Positions 60,078 through 64,000 of a stretch of DNA of 64,000 bases are shown piece after piece; within the stretch, counting starts at the first letter, position 1; each line of letters begins with the position of its first letter. The translations under genes were made by a program, and so were the position numbers. The DNA lies in NCBI GenBank assembly GCA_963816355.1, contig CAWFKH010000003.1, forward strand, positions 192,001 through 256,000. The letters are read 5' to 3'. The DNA comes from an uncultured Gemmatimonadales bacterium (lineage in GTDB: Bacteria; Gemmatimonadota; Gemmatimonadetes; Longimicrobiales; RSA9). The notes under the pieces were generated by a model. It searched no databases. It saw only the letters and a program-made list of their open reading frames with translations, and had not been told where the DNA came from.

Positions 60078-61220
60078 ATGCCGCAATCGCCGCACTCCGC
60101 CGACGTGCTGGTCGTCGGGCTGGGCGTCAACGGCGCGTCCGCGGCGTGGCGCATCGCCGGCCGCGGCGCGAGCGTCGTCGCCTTCGACCGCTTCGCGCCA
60201 CCGCATCCTTTCGGCTCCTCCCACGGCCGCAGCCGCATCATCCGCGAGGCGTACTTCGAGGGCGAGGCGTACGTGCCGCTCGTGCGCAGGGCGTTCGACG
60301 GCTGGCTCGCGCTCGAGGACGAGACCGGGCGGCCGCTGCACCGGCGCACCGGCGGCCTCACGCTCGCGCCCGAGGGCGGCGGCATCGTCGCCGCGGCGCG
60401 CGACGCGATGGCGCGCCACGGCACCGCCCTCGAGCTGCTCGACGCCGGCGAGCTGCGGCGCCGCTTCCCCGATTTCCGCGTGGAGGACGACGACGCGGGC
60501 GTCTGGGAGCCTGGCGCCGCCGTCCTCTACGCCGACCGCTGCGTCGACGCGCTGATCGAAGCCGCCGCGCGCGCCGGCGCCGACGTCCACCGCGGCGAGA
60601 GCGTCCTCGCCTGGCGCGCGGAGGGCGACGGCGTGCGCGTCCAGACGACGCGCGGCGCCTACACCGCCGGCCGCCTCGTGCTCGCGGCCGGGCCGTGGCA
60701 GCGCGACCTGCTGGCCGCGCGGCGCGTGCCCCTCGAGATCGAGCGCAGCGTGCTCCACTGGTTCGAGCCCGCGCGCCGGGACCTCGACGCGGAACGCCTC
60801 CCCGTCTTCATCGAGGAGCTGGAGGCCGGCATCCTCTGGTACGGCATCCCGGAGCCGGGCGCGCTGAAGGTCGCGTTTCACCACGGCGGCCAGCGCGCCG
60901 GCGGCGGCGATCGCCCCGCCATCGACGCGCTGCGCCGCGACGTCGACCCCGCGGAAGTCGACGCCGTGCGGTCGCTGCTCGAGACGCTGATCCCCGGCGC
61001 CGCCGGCGCGCACCGCGGCTCCCGCGTCTGCCCCTACACCAACACGCCCGACGAGCACTTCCTCCTCGACCTGCACCCGGACCACCCGGAAGTGGTGCTC
61101 GCGAGCGCGTGCTCCGGCCACGGCTTCAAGTTCGGCCCCGCGGCCGGCGAGATCGTCGCCGACCTCGCGCTCACCGGCGAGCGGGACGCCGTGCCCGCTC
61201 GGTTTCATTGGAGGTGGTGA
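60078..61220 (+). CDS. solA: N-methyl-L-tryptophan / monomeric sarcosine oxidase
   Basis: VVGLGVNG, GSSHGRSRIIR, CPYTNTPDEHF (FAD-linked Cys), CSGHGFKF. Confidence 0.9.
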   Translation: MPQSPHSADVLVVGLGVNGASAAWRIAGRGASVVAFDRFAPPHPFGSSHGRSRIIREAYFEGEAYVPLVRRAFDGWLALEDETGRPLHRRTGGLTLAPEGGGIVAAARDAMARHGTALELLDAGELRRRFPDFRVEDDDAGVWEPGAAVLYADRCVDALIEAAARAGADVHRGESVLAWRAEGDGVRVQTTRGAYTAGRLVLAAGPWQRDLLAARRVPLEIERSVLHWFEPARRDLDAERLPVFIEELEAGILWYGIPEPGALKVAFHHGGQRAGGGDRPAIDALRRDVDPAEVDAVRSLLETLIPGAAGAHRGSRVCPYTNTPDEHFLLDLHPDHPEVVLASACSGHGFKFGPAAGEIVADLALTGERDAVPARFHWRW

Positions 61221-61800
61221 CGGCCTTTTCCAGCAGCATGACCATCGGTCGCGCCCGCAGCAGCTCCCGCTCGCGGCCGTTCTTCCGGAGGACGACGCCG
61301 CTCACTCCGACGGCCGGCGCCTCCGCCGGCTCCGCGGCCCAGCCGTCCTCGGCGAGCTGCGACTGCACGGACGCCGCGACCGCCGCCGCGTCCGGCTCCG
61401 CCTCCGGCGACGCGAACCAGACCAGCGCGGTCGGTCCCGGCGGCGCGACGCCGACAGCGACCACGCCCGGCACGAACGGCAGCGCCGCCGGATAGCCCGG
61501 CGGGCGCGCCGCCGCTGCCGCGAACGTCTTCCCGTGCAACCCCTCCGCGGCGGCGGCGCGCAGCAGGATGCCCCGCGCCGGGTCCTTCTCCGGCGCGGCA
61601 TCGCGCGAGGCGTCAGCCGGGTGCTCGGCGAGGTGAACGATTCCACCGACCGCGATCGAGTCGATCGTCCGTGCCAGCGGGCCCTTTCGCATCACCTGCG
61701 TCGCGGTGCCCAGGGCGCCCGCCTCGGCCCTGCCGACCTCCCAGCCATCGCGGGAGCTCTCCTCCACGAGGTCCCGGATCAGCTCCACCCCATCGCTCAC
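61171..61800 (-). CDS. Hypothetical protein (possibly the C-terminal part of 61797..62117)
   Basis: Contains RPPGYPAALPFVPG, similar to a motif in the upstream ORF. Confidence 0.55.
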   Translation of the reverse strand: MSDGVELIRDLVEESSRDGWEVGRAEAGALGTATQVMRKGPLARTIDSIAVGGIVHLAEHPADASRDAAPEKDPARGILLRAAAAEGLHGKTFAAAAARPPGYPAALPFVPGVVAVGVAPPGPTALVWFASPEAEPDAAAVAASVQSQLAEDGWAAEPAEAPAVGVSGVVLRKNGRERELLRARPMVMLLEKAVTTSNETERARRPARR

Positions 61801-62117
61801 GCCCGTCCACGAGGCCCACCCCGACCGTCGCCCTCGCCGAGGACGACGGGCCTCCCGGCCACGAACGGGAAGTCCCCCGGATAGGAGCCCGGACGCTCCC
61901 GCGCCGCGTCGAACGCGGTGAGGGGGTATTCACGGGCACCGTCCGCATCCTCGACGCGGATCCGCACCGCGACGCCGGCCTCCGGACGGCGCTCGGCGTG
62001 CGCGGTCCGGCCGTCGGACAGCACACGCTCCGGCGCGACGTCCAATCCGGCCATGACGGACGCGAAGAGGTCCCCTATCTCGTCGCGCGGCGGGCGGGGC
62101 TGCGTGGGGTCGTGCAT
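61797..62117 (-). CDS. Hypothetical protein
   Basis: AAAGG before the ATG; contains RPGSYPGDFPFVAG. Confidence 0.55.
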   Translation of the reverse strand: MHDPTQPRPPRDEIGDLFASVMAGLDVAPERVLSDGRTAHAERRPEAGVAVRIRVEDADGAREYPLTAFDAARERPGSYPGDFPFVAGRPVVLGEGDGRGGPRGRA

Positions 62118-62147
62118 GATGGTGGCCTTTCATGCGGATCGCGAGCC

Positions 62148-62320
62148 TGAAGTAGCGCCGGACCGACTGCACGAGGCCCTGGTGCTCATCGCAAACCACG
62201 TATCTCACACCCGTGAGTCCTCGCTTCACCAGGTCTTCCATGACGGCGCCCCAGCTCTCGCGGCTCTCGCTCGCCCCCGAGCTCCCTCAGGCGAAACTAC
62301 AGAAATTTACGCACACTCCC
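62148..62320 (-). mobile_element. IS256-family remnant (terminal repeat joined to an internal transposase fragment)
   Basis: ESRESWGAVMEDLVKRGLTGVRYVVCDEHQGLVQSVRRYF resembles the IS256 W...L..RGL.GV....D.H.GL segment; end-like GGGAGTGTGCGTAAATTTCTGTAG. Confidence 0.7.
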
Positions 62321-62409
62321 ACGTCGGCAAGGAATTGGCTCACCTGAACAGCGATCAGTGGTGAGAGAAGAACAGCAACAGTTGTTACAATCTCAGAGGT
62401 CGTCACCAT
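62321..62409 (-). pseudogene. 5' fragment of a membrane-anchored (DUF6680-like) gene cut by the IS256 end
   Basis: GAGGAGGT RBS, then MVTTSEIVTTVAVLLSPLIAVQVSQFLAD running into the IS end; family assignment is from memory of the LLxPxIAVQV motif. Confidence 0.5.
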
Positions 62410-62667
62410 ACCTCCTCGGCAAGTGGGGCTTAACGCCTCGGGCTGCGCCTATTTGGGCGCCAATACTCGTCAGTGCTACGGTTTGATCTTCTTGCACGAG
62501 CCATGTCGGATAACTGCTTCTGTCTGCCGTTGGCTGGTGGCCTGGTGAAATGCTGTTCGGCAGCGGACACGGCGGGCCCGCACACTCAAAGACCGCCTAT
62601 AACGGCTCGGCTCTATTCTATGCCGCCGTCACCGCTGCGCGTCGCGCATCCCACAGCGGACCGTCGG

Positions 62668-63075
62668 TTACGACCGTGGATCGAGACGAGCTTCCTCTAC
62701 GATTGGCTCGAAGAGTTCAACGGGATTGCCGGAGGGGTCCTCCAGGAGGATCTGCTTGGCACCCACACCCGTGACCATCTCGTTGCGGAAATGCGCTCCC
62801 GCGTTGCGCAACCTCTCCACTGTGGTGGCTAGATCGCTTACCTGAATCGAGAACCTGTTCCATCCTCCCGGCGCAGGCTGTGAGCCATCTGGCATCGCTT
62901 GGCCGCCCCCGCCCGCCGGATTTGGGGCGCTGAGCAGGAGGCGGAGGTCCCCGCGCGAAAGCATGGCGAAGGCAGGAGCGGGGTGCATCTTGAGTTCGAA
63001 TCCGAGTCGTTCCGTGTAAAACTCGATAGCAGCAGCAACATCATCCACAATGTAGCGAACCTGAACGGTAGCCAT
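62668..63075 (-). CDS. VOC/glyoxalase/bleomycin-resistance family protein
   Basis: GAGGAG RBS; YIVDDVAAAIEFY...LGF, FSIQVSDL, EDPSGNPVELFEP; lower GC. Confidence 0.92.
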   Translation of the reverse strand: MATVQVRYIVDDVAAAIEFYTERLGFELKMHPAPAFAMLSRGDLRLLLSAPNPAGGGGQAMPDGSQPAPGGWNRFSIQVSDLATTVERLRNAGAHFRNEMVTGVGAKQILLEDPSGNPVELFEPIVEEARLDPRS

Positions 63076-63345
63076 TTCTTCTCCTCGCGACGTTTCGTGT
63101 GCGCTCTCAAGCTTGGTCTCGCACCCCGACTAGACGGTGAGCAGGTTCAACCGCATAATGTGCAGGTCCCACCCTGTTCTCGCGGATGTCGCGGCCGTGC
63201 CGCCCTCAAACCCCCCAGCGCTGGCCCCGTAACGTTCGGCTGGAAGGCGCAGTCGGAAACGGATCCGTCTACGGTGGCCCCGCTGCTGTAGCTTGATGCC
63301 AGTCCGCCACGCCAACGGACTCGTCTCATGCGAGCCCAATGTCCG

Positions 63346-64000
63346 CTAGACAAAATGGAAGGGCTGGCCTCGCGAGCTTACCGTGGGTTGATGCCCCGGT
63401 TCGCGGGAGTCACCAGAGCCACATGCGACAATGGTCGCAGCAACAGGAGAGCAGCCCTATGGCTAGATCAAATCTCTTCCTCGGTCTCGACGTCCACAAG
63501 GACTCCGTCACCGCCGCGGTCTTCGTCGGCCAGGCCGCTGAACCCGAGCGGGTGGAGCGCCTCCCCAACGAGCTGCACAAGCTACGGCGCTACTTCGAGC
63601 GCCTCGCGCGCCGCGGGACGGTGCACGCCTGCTATGAAGCGAGCGGCGCCGGCTACGTCCTGCAGCGCCACATGAGCGCCTGGGGCTACCGGTGCGAGCT
63701 GGCCGCTCCCTCTCTCATCCCAATGCGCCCCGGCGACCGGCGCAAGCACGACAAGCGGGACGCCATTCAACTCGGCCGCCTCTAGCGCAGAGCGCCGCGC
63801 TCACTCGACGCCAGAGCGCTCAGGATCCCGCCATCATCGCCCATGCGTGGAAAGCTCAGCACCGCCTTCACAAGCTCTTCCACCGCGTGAGCCAGCGGCG
63901 TCCCTTCCAGGTCGCGGTCGTCGCAGCGGCTCGAGAAATGGTCGGCTTCATCTGGGCGGTGCTCCAGGACGAGGAACTCTACGACCAGCGGCTCCAAGAC
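63346..64000 (+). mobile_element. Internally deleted IS110-family element, running off the window; left boundary approximate
   Basis: Structured 5' non-coding segment plus transposase N- and C-terminal fragments. Confidence 0.75.
63459..64000 (+). pseudogene. IS110-family transposase pseudogene
   Basis: GLDVHKD, CYEASG, PSLIP.RPGDRRKHDKRDA, stop at 63783-63785; another frame from 63785 gives the C-terminus AWKAQHRLHK...AVVAAAREMVGFIWAV. Confidence 0.88.

Overview
Very GC-rich bacterial chromosome segment. The gene repertoire (several DUF4097 proteins, stand-alone plug-like lipoproteins, VPS10-type and FG-GAP exported proteins) suggests Gemmatimonadota; this is an inference. Most of the window is housekeeping or metabolic: GS-III, SerA, dodecin, a seven-gene Mrp/MbhA-H-like operon, Met gamma-lyase-like enzyme, SucA, a DEAD-box helicase, MutS, CBS, Ddl, rhomboid, an EF-G paralog, SSADH, an L,D-transpeptidase, a Kir channel, M28 and M49 peptidases, a radical SAM protein, YigZ and SolA. 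It also holds an ECF sigma / zf-HC2 anti-sigma / DUF4097 locus and a split imuA-imuB // dnaE2 mutagenesis cassette. The last ~1.9 kb is lower in GC and contains IS256 and IS110 remnants and possible integron-cassette relics. Several single-base frameshifts in conserved genes suggest long-read indel errors. Best leads: (1) a near-identical 17-bp operator, TTCGGGTTTYGTTCGGT, overlapping the promoters of both imuA and dnaE2, a candidate lineage-specific SOS box; (2) a stand-alone MbhA-H-like antiporter with one MrpD carrying Glu at a normally Lys site; (3) a shared ECF promoter linking a distant DUF4097 gene to the sigma locus; (4) a dispersed 26-bp C-rich motif that caps three different tandem arrays; (5) a divergent UDG-fold protein. 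I found no rRNA, tRNA or CRISPR array.
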